64,000 nucleotides of DNA, from assembly GCA_944377165.1 (NCBI GenBank), contig CALWEJ010000001.1:43490-107489 (forward strand). The letters are read 5' to 3'. Numbering within the stretch: the stretch's first letter is position 1; each line of letters starts with the position of its first letter. This document shows positions 46,046 through 55,865 of this stretch, in pieces. The stretch is from an uncultured Clostridia bacterium (GTDB taxonomy: Bacteria; Bacillota; Clostridia; Christensenellales; UBA1242). A program made the translations under genes and the position numbers. The notes beneath the pieces were generated by a model. It was given only the letters and a program-made list of their open reading frames with translations. It had not been told where the DNA came from and ran no database searches.

Positions 46046-47269
46046 CTAACCTAATACATTTTTGCCAGCTAGATAACCGGTTGACCACGCGATTTGCAAA
46101 TTAAATCCGCCTGTAAGTGCATCTAAATCTAATACTTCACCCACGAAATACAAATTTTTTATTAGTTTACTTTCACACGTCTTTGAATTAATTTCTTTTA
46201 CGTCAACTCCGCCGGCAGTCACAATACCTACATTTATATTATCTAATGATTTGATTTTCAAGTCAAATCTTTTTAGTCCATTTATTAATTTTAATTTATC
46301 TTCTTTATTAATATCTGCAATTTTCTTATTTTGTATCTTAACGTGACAAATAAAATAATCTACTATACTTCGTGGCAAAAGCGTCAAAAGATAAGTCCTT
46401 AAATCTTTTTTAGCATACTCGGCGAATTCTCTAGTAAATTTTTCTTTTAATTCTTCATCAGTTAATGCTGGTTTAAAATCAATTATAGCGCTTGAATTTT
46501 CTAAATTTAGCCTATTAATTTTACTAGACATAGTTAAAGCTAGTGGACCTGTTAGTGAATTATAAGTAAATAGCATCTCTCCTATTTCACTTTTTATAAT
46601 CTTGTTCCCAACTTTAATAGATAATGTCACATTCTTTAAACTAAGCCCATTAAGTACACTTATATCATCTTTTATTATGATTGGGCAAAGCGCACTTTTT
46701 ACTTCGACTATTTTATGACCGAACTTTATAGCAATTTTATATCCTAAATCTGAAGCACCCGTGCCTGAATACGACAATCCGCCTGTAGCAATAATTATAC
46801 TTCTACTAGTGTATGTATTATTGTTTTCACACTTTATATAGAATAAATCATTATTTTTATTTATGTCTAAAATTGTCTTATTTAGTTCTACATTAACTTT
46901 ATTAATTTTAAGTAAAGTTGTAAGGGTTTTTATTACATCGCTTGATTTGTCACTTTTAGGGAAAACCCTATTCCCACGTTCAGTTTTAAGCTCTAAACCT
47001 GCATTAGAGAAAAATTCCATAGTATCTTTCGGCGAAAAACTATTGAGCGCACTATACATAAATTTTGAATTTGAAATGATATTATTAAGATGATTTTCTA
47101 TACTGCTATTGTTGGTTAAATTGCATCTACCCTTTCCCGTAATATATAACTTTTTACCTAATTTTTCGTTATGGTCTATTATAAGGCAATTCAAGCCCCT
47201 TTTGCTTGCGATAATTGCGGACATCATTCCACTAGCTCCGCCGCCGATTATTATAACATCATATATCAT
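46046..47269 (-). CDS. HI0933/YhiN-family FAD-dependent oxidoreductase
   Basis: YDVIIIGGGASGMMSAI dinucleotide-binding motif and the C-terminal ..GGFNLQIAWSTG.. Confidence 0.8.
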   Translation of the reverse strand: MIYDVIIIGGGASGMMSAIIASKRGLNCLIIDHNEKLGKKLYITGKGRCNLTNNSSIENHLNNIISNSKFMYSALNSFSPKDTMEFFSNAGLELKTERGNRVFPKSDKSSDVIKTLTTLLKINKVNVELNKTILDINKNNDLFYIKCENNNTYTSRSIIIATGGLSYSGTGASDLGYKIAIKFGHKIVEVKSALCPIIIKDDISVLNGLSLKNVTLSIKVGNKIIKSEIGEMLFTYNSLTGPLALTMSSKINRLNLENSSAIIDFKPALTDEELKEKFTREFAEYAKKDLRTYLLTLLPRSIVDYFICHVKIQNKKIADINKEDKLKLINGLKRFDLKIKSLDNINVGIVTAGGVDVKEINSKTCESKLIKNLYFVGEVLDLDALTGGFNLQIAWSTGYLAGKNVLG

Positions 47270-47275
47270 ATGTTT

Positions 47276-47304
47276 ATGATAACACATATTTAATTTTTTG
47301 TCTA
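47276..47304 (-). promoter_or_regulatory. promoter of the FAD-protein/plsC/S1 operon (leaderless geometry)
   Basis: On the minus strand: TAGACA-17-TGT-TATCAT, ending 6 nt before ATG 47269. Confidence 0.5.
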
Positions 47305-47316
47305 ATGTTAAGAGAA

Positions 47317-47345
47317 ACAAAAAATAGGTATTTTCATACCTATTA
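47317..47345 (-). terminator. rluB terminator
   Basis: ATAGGTAT-TTTC-ATACCTAT stem plus a T-run on the minus strand. Confidence 0.6.
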
Positions 47346-47359
47346 AAACATATTCATAG

Positions 47360-48070
47360 TTATTTTTTTAAATTATTTAAATACCTGATTTCTTTTGTAT
47401 TTAATGGCGAATACTCCCCGCGTGATAATCCACCTAAATGAATATCGCCTATATCCGTACGTTTTAAGAAAGTGACTACTTTGCCAATAGATTCAAACAT
47501 ACGACGTATTTGTCTATTTTTCCCTTCTTTAATCGTCACAGCTAATCTTGAAGCTTTATCTGATGATGATAGAAGTTGTACACTACAAGGCTTTGTCGTA
47601 TAATCTCCAATATCTACCCCACTTGAAAGTTTTTTTATTTCGTCTGGTGTAATATTTCCTTCTATATTAACAACATAACGTTTTTCAATTTCGCTATTTG
47701 GTTTTGTTAAAATATTAGCAACCTCTCCATCGTTTGTTAGAAGAATTAACCCTTCTGTATCGTAATCTAAGCGACCCACAGGGAAGATTCGCGTGTGAAC
47801 TCCACGCATTAAATCCATTATCGTTTTCCTACCCTTATCGTCGCTAACAGTTGAAACGTAGCCTTTTGGCTTATGAAGTTTATAATATTCATACGATACG
47901 ACAGGTCGTATAACCTTACCATTTACTGCTACAATATCGGTATCTTTTATATCTGTGGATAGATCGCGAACAATCTTGCCGTTAACTTTTACTTTTCCGT
48001 TTATTATGAATTCTTCTGATTTTCTTCTACCTGCAAGACCTGCAGTTGCTAAATATTTATTAATTCTCAT
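47360..48070 (-). CDS. rluB: RsuA/RluB-family pseudouridine synthase
   Basis: MRINKYLA..GRRKSEE S4 domain and the GRLDYDTEGL catalytic motif. Confidence 0.85.
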   Translation of the reverse strand: MRINKYLATAGLAGRRKSEEFIINGKVKVNGKIVRDLSTDIKDTDIVAVNGKVIRPVVSYEYYKLHKPKGYVSTVSDDKGRKTIMDLMRGVHTRIFPVGRLDYDTEGLILLTNDGEVANILTKPNSEIEKRYVVNIEGNITPDEIKKLSSGVDIGDYTTKPCSVQLLSSSDKASRLAVTIKEGKNRQIRRMFESIGKVVTFLKRTDIGDIHLGGLSRGEYSPLNTKEIRYLNNLKK

Positions 48071-48071
48071 T

Positions 48072-49214
48072 TTATTCTTCCCAAAGTATTTCACTAATTG
48101 TTAATGTTTTATTATCAATTAATTTATCAATCTTATTCATTGTATATAATTTTATCATTTTTAGCAAGCAATTATCTAATAATATATTAATTTCTCCTAC
48201 TTCATCGCCAGATTTTGCATCATCAAGGTTGACTGAATATTGAATTCTCAACTTATCTTTCTCTAAATCTAGCAGTGGATAATAGAAATCTTCGCCAGCA
48301 TAAAGACTTAATTTCCCTTCAATTTCATCTATAATATATTCGTTATAAATTTCTTTGTTTTTATCAATGATTTTTGTATATTCGTAATCAGTAAAACTTG
48401 ATTCAAGCATACTAGAACTTTCTTCGAACATTGGCCCGCAATTAAGGACTACTGCGACACTCGTTCTTCCGTCACGTTCACACGCACTCACTAGACATCT
48501 GCCAGCCTTGCTAGTGAATCCAGTTTTTACTCCACAGCATCCGTCAAGACTAGATAAAAGTCGATTTTTGTTGGTTAAATAACGTTTTTCACTTTTATTT
48601 GTTGCTTCGATAACGTGATTTTTAGTTGAAACAATTTCTTTAAATATAGGGTTATTAAGTGCATAACTTGCAATAAGCGCCAAATCATAAGCAGTAGTGT
48701 AATGCTCAGGATTGTCTAGTCCGTGAGGATTCATAAAATGTGAATTCTTAGCTCCAATTTCATTTGCTAATTCATTCATAAGTTTAGCAAATCCTTCAAC
48801 TGAACCGCCAACGTGAATAGCAAGTGCTACTGCGCTATCATTACCACTTCTTAACATTAATCCATACAAAAGATCTTTAACTTTTATAATCTCACCTTTT
48901 CTTAAATAAATTGAAGTACCTTCTATCCCTATACTTTCGTCCGCTACTTGAATTTCTTCGTTTAAATCAGTGCAATTATTAAGGACCGTTATTGCAGTGA
49001 CTACCTTAGTTGTTGAAGCCATAGACAATTTTCTATCCATATCCTTGCTATAAAGAACTCGTTTTGTATCTTTGTCTAATACGCACATACCTTTAGCGCT
49101 AGAACTAACCGCATATGAGTTAAAATCATAACTATTCGTTAAGAATAACAAAGCAAATACATTCAAAAACATTACAGGAATAATAGCAAGACATATTAAT
49201 TTAATCTTTCTCAT
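48072..49214 (-). CDS. D-alanyl-D-alanine carboxypeptidase (DacB/PBP5*-like)
   Basis: SMASTTK (SxxK), SGND and KTGFT motifs, with a signal anchor. Confidence 0.85.
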   Translation of the reverse strand: MRKIKLICLAIIPVMFLNVFALLFLTNSYDFNSYAVSSSAKGMCVLDKDTKRVLYSKDMDRKLSMASTTKVVTAITVLNNCTDLNEEIQVADESIGIEGTSIYLRKGEIIKVKDLLYGLMLRSGNDSAVALAIHVGGSVEGFAKLMNELANEIGAKNSHFMNPHGLDNPEHYTTAYDLALIASYALNNPIFKEIVSTKNHVIEATNKSEKRYLTNKNRLLSSLDGCCGVKTGFTSKAGRCLVSACERDGRTSVAVVLNCGPMFEESSSMLESSFTDYEYTKIIDKNKEIYNEYIIDEIEGKLSLYAGEDFYYPLLDLEKDKLRIQYSVNLDDAKSGDEVGEINILLDNCLLKMIKLYTMNKIDKLIDNKTLTISEILWEE

Positions 49215-49606
49215 TTTAATTTCTCCGCAAATTTCTTTAATACGTCGGTTGCGTTTTTAATAAGACCTAAATATGCCGTTGATTTATCTGCGTGGACAAT
49301 CTTAAACTTATCTTTGTTTACTACGAAAAATCCTATAGGTGAAACGGTGAATCCTCCACCTGTACCGCCTGCCATAGGGAAGTCTGCTGAATTCCTTTTA
49401 GCATTTAAATCATTGTATTCTCCGCCACCAGCGACAAAACCAATACTCACCTTGGATATTGGAATTATTACGCTATTGTCCGGCATACTGATAGCACTAC
49501 CTATAACACAATTTACGTCTATCATTGAACGAATTTTATCTAGCGAGATATCTATTAATGATTCAATTTTGTTATTCTTTAATGTCACACTTTCTACTTT
49601 TTTCAT
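49211..49606 (-). CDS. ytfJ: GerW/YtfJ-family sporulation protein
   Basis: ..VIGSAISMPDNSVIIPISKVSIGFVAGGGEY.. family core, with a GGAGAG SD. Confidence 0.8.
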   Translation of the reverse strand: MKKVESVTLKNNKIESLIDISLDKIRSMIDVNCVIGSAISMPDNSVIIPISKVSIGFVAGGGEYNDLNAKRNSADFPMAGGTGGGFTVSPIGFFVVNKDKFKIVHADKSTAYLGLIKNATDVLKKFAEKLK

Positions 49607-50147
49607 AATCTCTCCACGAATAAATTATTGTGTAAAATATCGCGTAAAGAAAATCGCCTATCGATATTCGAATTTGATTTTGCAAGCGGATATTCAACAC
49701 ATCTTGATTATATTTTGGTTCAACTTCTACAAAAATATGTGATGATTTTTTATTGTTTTTAATTTTTGATAAAATACATTTCGCAATTACGTCAATATAT
49801 CCGCACCCAACTGCTGTAATACGTGAGTCAAGCACATAACCAAAATTCGAGTGCATACCTATCTCTAAAAACTGTTCTCTAAAATATAATTGAGTTATTA
49901 ATTTTGTTGCAAATATTACATTGAAATTTGTTGTAGTAATTTTCTCTTTTCGTAGTTTGTTTTTGTGATTGATATAAATGTAGCCGTTTTTTATACGTAT
50001 CCTAAATTCGAATTTAAACTTATTAAATAACGTTAAAATAACAACACCTTTTAAACGTAAAATATTGAACCTTATATCAATCTTTATTAAAAAAGGATAA
50101 ATCAATAAAATAATAATCACTAATAATAAAAAAAATAGATACATCAT
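49572..50147 (-). CDS. DUF2953 (YtfI-like) membrane protein
   Basis: N-terminal TM helix and the conserved pairing upstream of ytfJ. Confidence 0.5.
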   Translation of the reverse strand: MMYLFFLLLVIIILLIYPFLIKIDIRFNILRLKGVVILTLFNKFKFEFRIRIKNGYIYINHKNKLRKEKITTTNFNVIFATKLITQLYFREQFLEIGMHSNFGYVLDSRITAVGCGYIDVIAKCILSKIKNNKKSSHIFVEVEPKYNQDVLNIRLQNQIRISIGDFLYAIFYTIIYSWRDYEKSRKCDIKE

Positions 50148-50190
50148 AAATTTAGTATCTATCTTTTGATATTAATTATACCTAAATGAA

Positions 50191-50910
50191 TTATTCATTT
50201 TTAGGTTCTATATCACTAGCTTCAAGTTTAATATTTTCTTTTTCTTCGGTAGTAGTTGTATTGTTAAGATTGTCCGTGATTTCTTTATCGTTAGTGTTAA
50301 TAGGACTTACGTTATTTTCTTTATCTTCGCTATCTTCATCTGGAATAGTAAATTCTCTATAAAGCGAATCTCCTTCACTATGTATAACACGAATCCTATC
50401 AAGCAATGCGTTATAATCAGGCAAATCTTGAATAGAAGTTAGTTCAAACCTTTTTAGGAAATTATCTGTTGTACCAAATAAGACAGGTTTACCAACTGTA
50501 TCCTTACGCCCTACCACTTCAATTAGATTATTAGATTGCAATAACTGAATAGCATAATCGCTGTTCACACCTCTAATGTTTTCAATTTCTAGGCGCGTAA
50601 TTGGTTGTTTGTATGCGATAATTGCCGCTGTTTCCATTGCTGCTTTAGTTAAGCTTCTCTCTCTTATTGGATTTAATATTTCTGCAACGGCATCTACAAT
50701 TTTTGGATTAGAACAGAGTTGAACCTTATTCTTAAATTGAATAATATTAATTCCGCTATTCTCGTTGTATTTTTCTTTCAAAATATCTAAGCACTTATTG
50801 AATTCTCTATCATTCATATCAAATTTTGATTTAAACTCGTCTATCTCGACACCCTCGCCTGAAACAAACAAAACTGCTTCTATTATTTGTGCAATTTCGT
50901 TAATTTTCAT
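50191..50910 (-). CDS. scpB: segregation and condensation protein B
   Basis: ..IEAVLFVSGEGV.. and ..ITRLEIENIRGVNSD.. wHTH motifs. Confidence 0.9.
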   Translation of the reverse strand: MKINEIAQIIEAVLFVSGEGVEIDEFKSKFDMNDREFNKCLDILKEKYNENSGINIIQFKNKVQLCSNPKIVDAVAEILNPIRERSLTKAAMETAAIIAYKQPITRLEIENIRGVNSDYAIQLLQSNNLIEVVGRKDTVGKPVLFGTTDNFLKRFELTSIQDLPDYNALLDRIRVIHSEGDSLYREFTIPDEDSEDKENNVSPINTNDKEITDNLNNTTTTEEKENIKLEASDIEPKNE

Positions 50911-51655
50911 CTTTTACCTCCTTACGTCTTATAAGAATATCTGCATACCTTTCAGTTTGTACGACCTCGATTTTTTGGAACTTTAATAATTCCAAAATTG
51001 CCATAAATACGGTAATAACTTCAAGCTTTGAATAACTGTCGTCGAATAGACTAAAGAAATTTATTTCTTTGTTATCTTTTAAAATATTTGTTAAAAATGC
51101 GATTTTGTCTGCGACTGTCCATCTATCTCGATTAATCTTTTTCTCTTGCGGATTATCTCTATCTTTTGTACGCATTAAGATAAAAGCAAATGCGTCAAGA
51201 AGTTTATCTAAATTGAACTGATTAAATACAACACGGACATCACCAACAGACTTATCTGGTTGTTTATAAAGTCTATCAACATTTTCGTGTTTCTGTAAAT
51301 TTATAGATGCTTCTTTAAATAATTGATATTCTTCTAGTTGCATCTTTAATTTAGTTTCTGGGTCGATTTCCTCTTCATCTTCCTCAAACTGCTCAACTGG
51401 TAGAAGCGAACGCGACTTTATTTCCAACAACACGCTTACCATATTTAAAAATTCGGTAGCTTCGTCCATATTTAATTCGTTTATATTTTCCATATATTTC
51501 ATATATTGGTCTGTGATTGAGGCAATTTTTACTGTTTGAATTGTCATATTTTTTTCTTTTATTAGGTGCAATAAAAGATCCAATGGCCCTTCAAAGCCAT
51601 CTAACTTGAATGTTAAGTGTGAAGATAATTCTTCTTCTAATTCAATGTCTTCCAA
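50900..51655 (-). CDS. scpA: segregation and condensation protein A
   Basis: ..FEGPLDLLLHLIKE.. kleisin N-terminus. Confidence 0.9.
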   Translation of the reverse strand: MEDIELEEELSSHLTFKLDGFEGPLDLLLHLIKEKNMTIQTVKIASITDQYMKYMENINELNMDEATEFLNMVSVLLEIKSRSLLPVEQFEEDEEEIDPETKLKMQLEEYQLFKEASINLQKHENVDRLYKQPDKSVGDVRVVFNQFNLDKLLDAFAFILMRTKDRDNPQEKKINRDRWTVADKIAFLTNILKDNKEINFFSLFDDSYSKLEVITVFMAILELLKFQKIEVVQTERYADILIRRKEVKDEN

Positions 51656-51656
51656 A

Positions 51657-52343
51657 TCAAACTCCTAAAAGTGCTAAAGGAATATAAATATAATTATAAA
51701 TAATTGATAGATACCAACTAAGAATACTGAAATTCGTAAATGCTTCTATAATTAACGATAGTGCTAATATTAAAAGGATAATTATATTACTATTTTTAAT
51801 ACTAAAATGTATGAATTTATTGTCCGCACGCATAAATGAAGTGACAAACTTAAATCCGTCTAAAGGATAAATAGGCAAGATATTAAACAGTGCTAGGAAA
51901 CTATTAACTATCATAAAATATTCTAGAATTATAAAGATATAATCCATTGCTAAATTAACTGTACCTACTGTGTTCATTAAAATGGCATATATGACTGATG
52001 CGATTAAACCTAAAATAAAATTAGCTATAACTCCAGATGATGAAACAATCCTTATACCCTGCCTGTACTTTTTAAAATTAAGCGGATTTACAGGTGTAGG
52101 CTTTGCCCAACCTATTCCAAATAATAGGAAGAAGATAAAGCCTAAAAAGGATAAGTGCTTAAATGGATTTAGTGTTAATCTCCCTGCTAATTTTGCAGTG
52201 TTGTCACCCATTTTGTAAGCAGTTAAAGCGTGTGCAAATTCGTGTGCAGTAAGCGATATGAAAAACACAACTACGGTAATTAAAAATAATATTACTGCTT
52301 GCTCAGGCGAATTATAATTGTTAAATAGAATATAGTACAACAC
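51657..52343 (-). CDS. site-2 protease family (M50) zinc metalloprotease
   Basis: HEFAHALTAY motif in a polytopic protein. GTG start. Confidence 0.8.
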   Translation of the reverse strand: MLYYILFNNYNSPEQAVILFLITVVVFFISLTAHEFAHALTAYKMGDNTAKLAGRLTLNPFKHLSFLGFIFFLLFGIGWAKPTPVNPLNFKKYRQGIRIVSSSGVIANFILGLIASVIYAILMNTVGTVNLAMDYIFIILEYFMIVNSFLALFNILPIYPLDGFKFVTSFMRADNKFIHFSIKNSNIIILLILALSLIIEAFTNFSILSWYLSIIYNYIYIPLALLGV

Positions 52344-52350
52344 TTATATA

Positions 52351-52379
52351 ATTATATCAAAAATATGCTTCTTTATCAA
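52351..52379 (-). promoter_or_regulatory. promoter of the M50-scpAB operon (leaderless geometry)
   Basis: On the minus strand: TTGATA-17-TGA-TATAAT, ending 7 nt before GTG 52343. Confidence 0.5.
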
Positions 52380-52444
52380 GTATTTATTAACACTAAATAT
52401 TAGGTATATTATATTAAATCAATACTAAATATAAGATATTTATA

Positions 52445-52477
52445 TAAAAATAAAAGCTAATGTTTTTAACATTAGCT
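52445..52477 (-). terminator. recJ terminator
   Basis: AGCTAATGTT-TTT-AACATTAGCT perfect 10-bp stem overlapping the stop codon, T-rich downstream. Confidence 0.6.
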
Positions 52478-54856
52478 AATTTTCATAGTATTAAGTCTAT
52501 TGTAAAAAGCGCTTGAATTTAATGGGTTCTTTTTATCTGTAATGGTAATTATTTCGCTTTCTGTATCATTCGTTATTATTATTCCTAATTCTTTAAACAC
52601 TTGCATACACACATAAAATTGCAAATATGAGTAATTGTCTTTGGTCTTTATCTTCTTTAAAATATTAGTAAATAAATGATAACAATAATAACCTTTAATT
52701 TTATTTTCGTATGCAAATTGCATCAATCTAAAATATTTGCCAAATGTTTGCCTAGAAAGGTCTATTTTCTTTAACATTGACATTGACGTAGATGGCATAT
52801 GTGGTAAATAAATAGTAGATTTTGTATGTTTCTTTAGTTCGCTTAAATAGCCCATATTAATTATAGGGTCTAAAAATATGATTCTACTGAATGTGTTAAA
52901 CGATTCGAAATTTGTAGGCGCCAATAAAATGGTATTTAAACCTGTTTCATCATTAATTTCGAATACTCTATTAATAAATATATTATTGCTATCGTAAACC
53001 GCTTTAAAATTAATATAGGTATTATAGTCGTTCGCTATAATTAATGTACCATATACAGTCTTCTCCATATCTACTAGAAGTCGAATTAGTTGGTCACGAT
53101 TGTAATTATTAAATGAATACGTACCATCGAGCGGATATATTATTTGTTTAATATATTCTGCTTGAATAATTTCTTCATCTATCGGTCTATAAATGTCTTC
53201 GTAGTCTATTGACTTAACTATCCCTGATATTTTTTTAGTATTTCTGAAAGTATCAATATTTAGGTCGGCTAGTACATTGCACGATGTATTACCTGACAAT
53301 ATGAAATACTTATTGCTAGAGTTAAAAGCCAATAAATTAAAATTAGGGTATGCTAAAACTAAATGTTGTGGATGACGTGGCAAACTGGTTATGAGCGCAT
53401 TTTTTAACTTAAAATTAAATATTGGTCTTGCATTCATATGTCCGCAAGGTTCCATACGGTCTATATCTTCAACTAACTTTATATTTATCTCACTTTCATC
53501 TAATTCAAAGTCGTAAATCTTTGTCGGCAAAAAGTCAGCTTTATCTAAATGCTCTTTTACGTATGCATTTGTTTTTCTAATAAATTCGTCAAATTTGTCA
53601 ACTTTTAGTGTTAATCCTGCTGCCATTGGATGTCCGCCGAATTTTGTTAACAATTCGCTCATACTGCTTAAAAGTGTATGTACATTTACTCCATTAACAC
53701 TTCTACACGAACCTACTAATTCATCTTTTACTTGACTAAATAAGAAAGTAGGTCTATGGTATTCGTCCGCAATACGCGCGCAAACTATGCCTAATATTCC
53801 ACTATCCCATTCTGGTGACGACATAATAATGGCGCTTATTTTGAAAATGTCTTGTGTCTCTAAATACGATTTTACATCTTGATAGACTTTATCACACAAC
53901 TGCTGACGATTCGTATTATAATCTAAAATTTGCACGCATAATTTCTTAATCTCATTTGGATTTTCTTCCAAATATAAATTTAGGCTTGTTTCAGCTGAGC
54001 CCATACGTCCGCTTGCATTTATTTTAGGAGCTAATTTGAATGCTATATCACTTGCTTTGCAATTAACATTAAGTCCGCATTCTTGCATTAATTTTAATAC
54101 GCCTGCAGGTAATTTTTGTAAATTATTAAGCCCCAACTGAACTATTGCTCTGTTCTCGTCTAATAGTTCAACAATATCGGCAATTGTAGCTATTGCGCAT
54201 ATAGGTAAATACTGACTTGCTATACTTATACCTGCTAATGCTTGAACTAATTTAAGCGCGACTCCTGCTCCGCACAAAGAGTGAAAAGGATAAGTCTTGC
54301 TAACCTTTGGATTAATAATAATAGCATTAGGTAAAATCTCGGCTCGTTCGTGGTGGTCAGTGATAATAATGTCCACACCATTAGACTTTATAAACTCAGT
54401 TTCCTCTACTGCGGTTATACCACAATCAACCGTAATTATTAAGTCAGGCTTATTTTCACTAAAAATCTTATTTAAAGTTTGAATAGTAAGGCCATATCCG
54501 TCCTCATACCTGTTAGGCATAAAGTTAGATACATTAACTCCAACCGACCTAAAATATTTAATTAAGATAGCACTAGCAGAAATACCATCAACGTCATAGT
54601 CGCCAAAAATTAAAATCTTTCCGTTTCTAGATATATGTTGTTGTATTAATTCGACCGCACTGCTCATATTTTCAAACAAAAACGGGTCATTAAGGTCAGA
54701 TATATTTGGATTTAAATATTTTTGCAATTTATCTTTGTCGTCAATACCGCGAGAATATAAAAGACGTACGAGATTCTCGTCTAAATTGTAAAGTTTTGAC
54801 ATCTCGCTAACAAAATTTTCATTAATATTTTGATTAATTGAACAAATATATTTCAT
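52472..54856 (-). CDS. recJ: single-stranded-DNA-specific exonuclease RecJ
   Basis: DHH motifs (IFGDYDVDGISA, TVDCGIT, ITDHH) and a DHHA1 domain. Confidence 0.9.
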   Translation of the reverse strand: MKYICSINQNINENFVSEMSKLYNLDENLVRLLYSRGIDDKDKLQKYLNPNISDLNDPFLFENMSSAVELIQQHISRNGKILIFGDYDVDGISASAILIKYFRSVGVNVSNFMPNRYEDGYGLTIQTLNKIFSENKPDLIITVDCGITAVEETEFIKSNGVDIIITDHHERAEILPNAIIINPKVSKTYPFHSLCGAGVALKLVQALAGISIASQYLPICAIATIADIVELLDENRAIVQLGLNNLQKLPAGVLKLMQECGLNVNCKASDIAFKLAPKINASGRMGSAETSLNLYLEENPNEIKKLCVQILDYNTNRQQLCDKVYQDVKSYLETQDIFKISAIIMSSPEWDSGILGIVCARIADEYHRPTFLFSQVKDELVGSCRSVNGVNVHTLLSSMSELLTKFGGHPMAAGLTLKVDKFDEFIRKTNAYVKEHLDKADFLPTKIYDFELDESEINIKLVEDIDRMEPCGHMNARPIFNFKLKNALITSLPRHPQHLVLAYPNFNLLAFNSSNKYFILSGNTSCNVLADLNIDTFRNTKKISGIVKSIDYEDIYRPIDEEIIQAEYIKQIIYPLDGTYSFNNYNRDQLIRLLVDMEKTVYGTLIIANDYNTYINFKAVYDSNNIFINRVFEINDETGLNTILLAPTNFESFNTFSRIIFLDPIINMGYLSELKKHTKSTIYLPHMPSTSMSMLKKIDLSRQTFGKYFRLMQFAYENKIKGYYCYHLFTNILKKIKTKDNYSYLQFYVCMQVFKELGIIITNDTESEIITITDKKNPLNSSAFYNRLNTMKIS

Positions 54857-54868
54857 ATCAAATTATAC

Positions 54869-54893
54869 TAAAAAGCCTTTCATAGAAAGGCTG
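54869..54893 (-). terminator. secF terminator
   Basis: AGCCTTTC-ATA-GAAAGGCT perfect stem plus a T-run on the minus strand. Confidence 0.6.
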
Positions 54894-54896
54894 TAA

Positions 54897-55865
54897 TTAT
54901 TTATCTAATTGATTATTATCTACTGAACTATCTTTTTCTCCACTCACTTTAACAGAAAGTTTTGGCTTTTTGCAATGAGTGATAAATACAGACCAAACAA
55001 ATGGAACTACATAAAGTGCTACTGCTAACGCAACTACTGCGATGAACATTATATTTAATGATACATATTTTAAGGCAGATGGCGCAAATAATACAAACAA
55101 TAATCCCATTATTAAGACAGCTATATTCAATGCACACAATTTGAATTTAGAATTCTTAACTCCGTGATTAATAGCACTAGCATAATCGCTATTACTTAAC
55201 CAATTTGTAGATTTTATTTCTTCAAATATTGCGATATTTGAATACATAATTAACACGTTTAATGCAACAATCATAGCAAAATAACTTGCACCGATTGTCA
55301 ATCTAAGTATAGCACCTATTGATAAGAAAGACAATGTACCAATAATTGAAGAAATAATTATTGATAATGCGCTAGCTCCATTATATCTAAAGTAAGCAAA
55401 TATGCTAACTAAAACAATTAGAATTAATATAGCACACGCGGTATAGACATAGTCTTTCGTGCTAACTATTGGAGAAACGTTAACGTGTTCGCTGACTGCA
55501 CTTTCTTCTATATTTAATTTAGTAATTATTGCCGTTGTAATTTCGTTTTGCTTGTCTTCGTTTAATTGATTAGAATATCTTATTACAATACGTGTATTAT
55601 CTCCAACGTCATAGATAGATGCAGTATCAAAATCTCCGCCATAATCGTTTACAATTTGCGTTATATTTTTGATAATAGCATTATTATCTGCTTCACTACC
55701 AACTTTTACAGTAAATTCGCTATATCCTGCGAACTCAAAGTTCTCTTTAAATCCGAATATTGAGCCGATTAAAATTCCTACAATCAAGAATACTGATAAT
55801 ACTATAATGGCAATTTTGTTCTTTTTAAAATATTCTTTGTTTGACTTAGTAAAATCTCTATGCAT
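54897..55865 (-). CDS. secF: protein translocase subunit SecF
   Basis: Periplasmic loop followed by six TM helices of the SecD/F family. 8-nt overlap with secD. Confidence 0.85.
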   Translation of the reverse strand: MHRDFTKSNKEYFKKNKIAIIVLSVFLIVGILIGSIFGFKENFEFAGYSEFTVKVGSEADNNAIIKNITQIVNDYGGDFDTASIYDVGDNTRIVIRYSNQLNEDKQNEITTAIITKLNIEESAVSEHVNVSPIVSTKDYVYTACAILILIVLVSIFAYFRYNGASALSIIISSIIGTLSFLSIGAILRLTIGASYFAMIVALNVLIMYSNIAIFEEIKSTNWLSNSDYASAINHGVKNSKFKLCALNIAVLIMGLLFVLFAPSALKYVSLNIMFIAVVALAVALYVVPFVWSVFITHCKKPKLSVKVSGEKDSSVDNNQLDK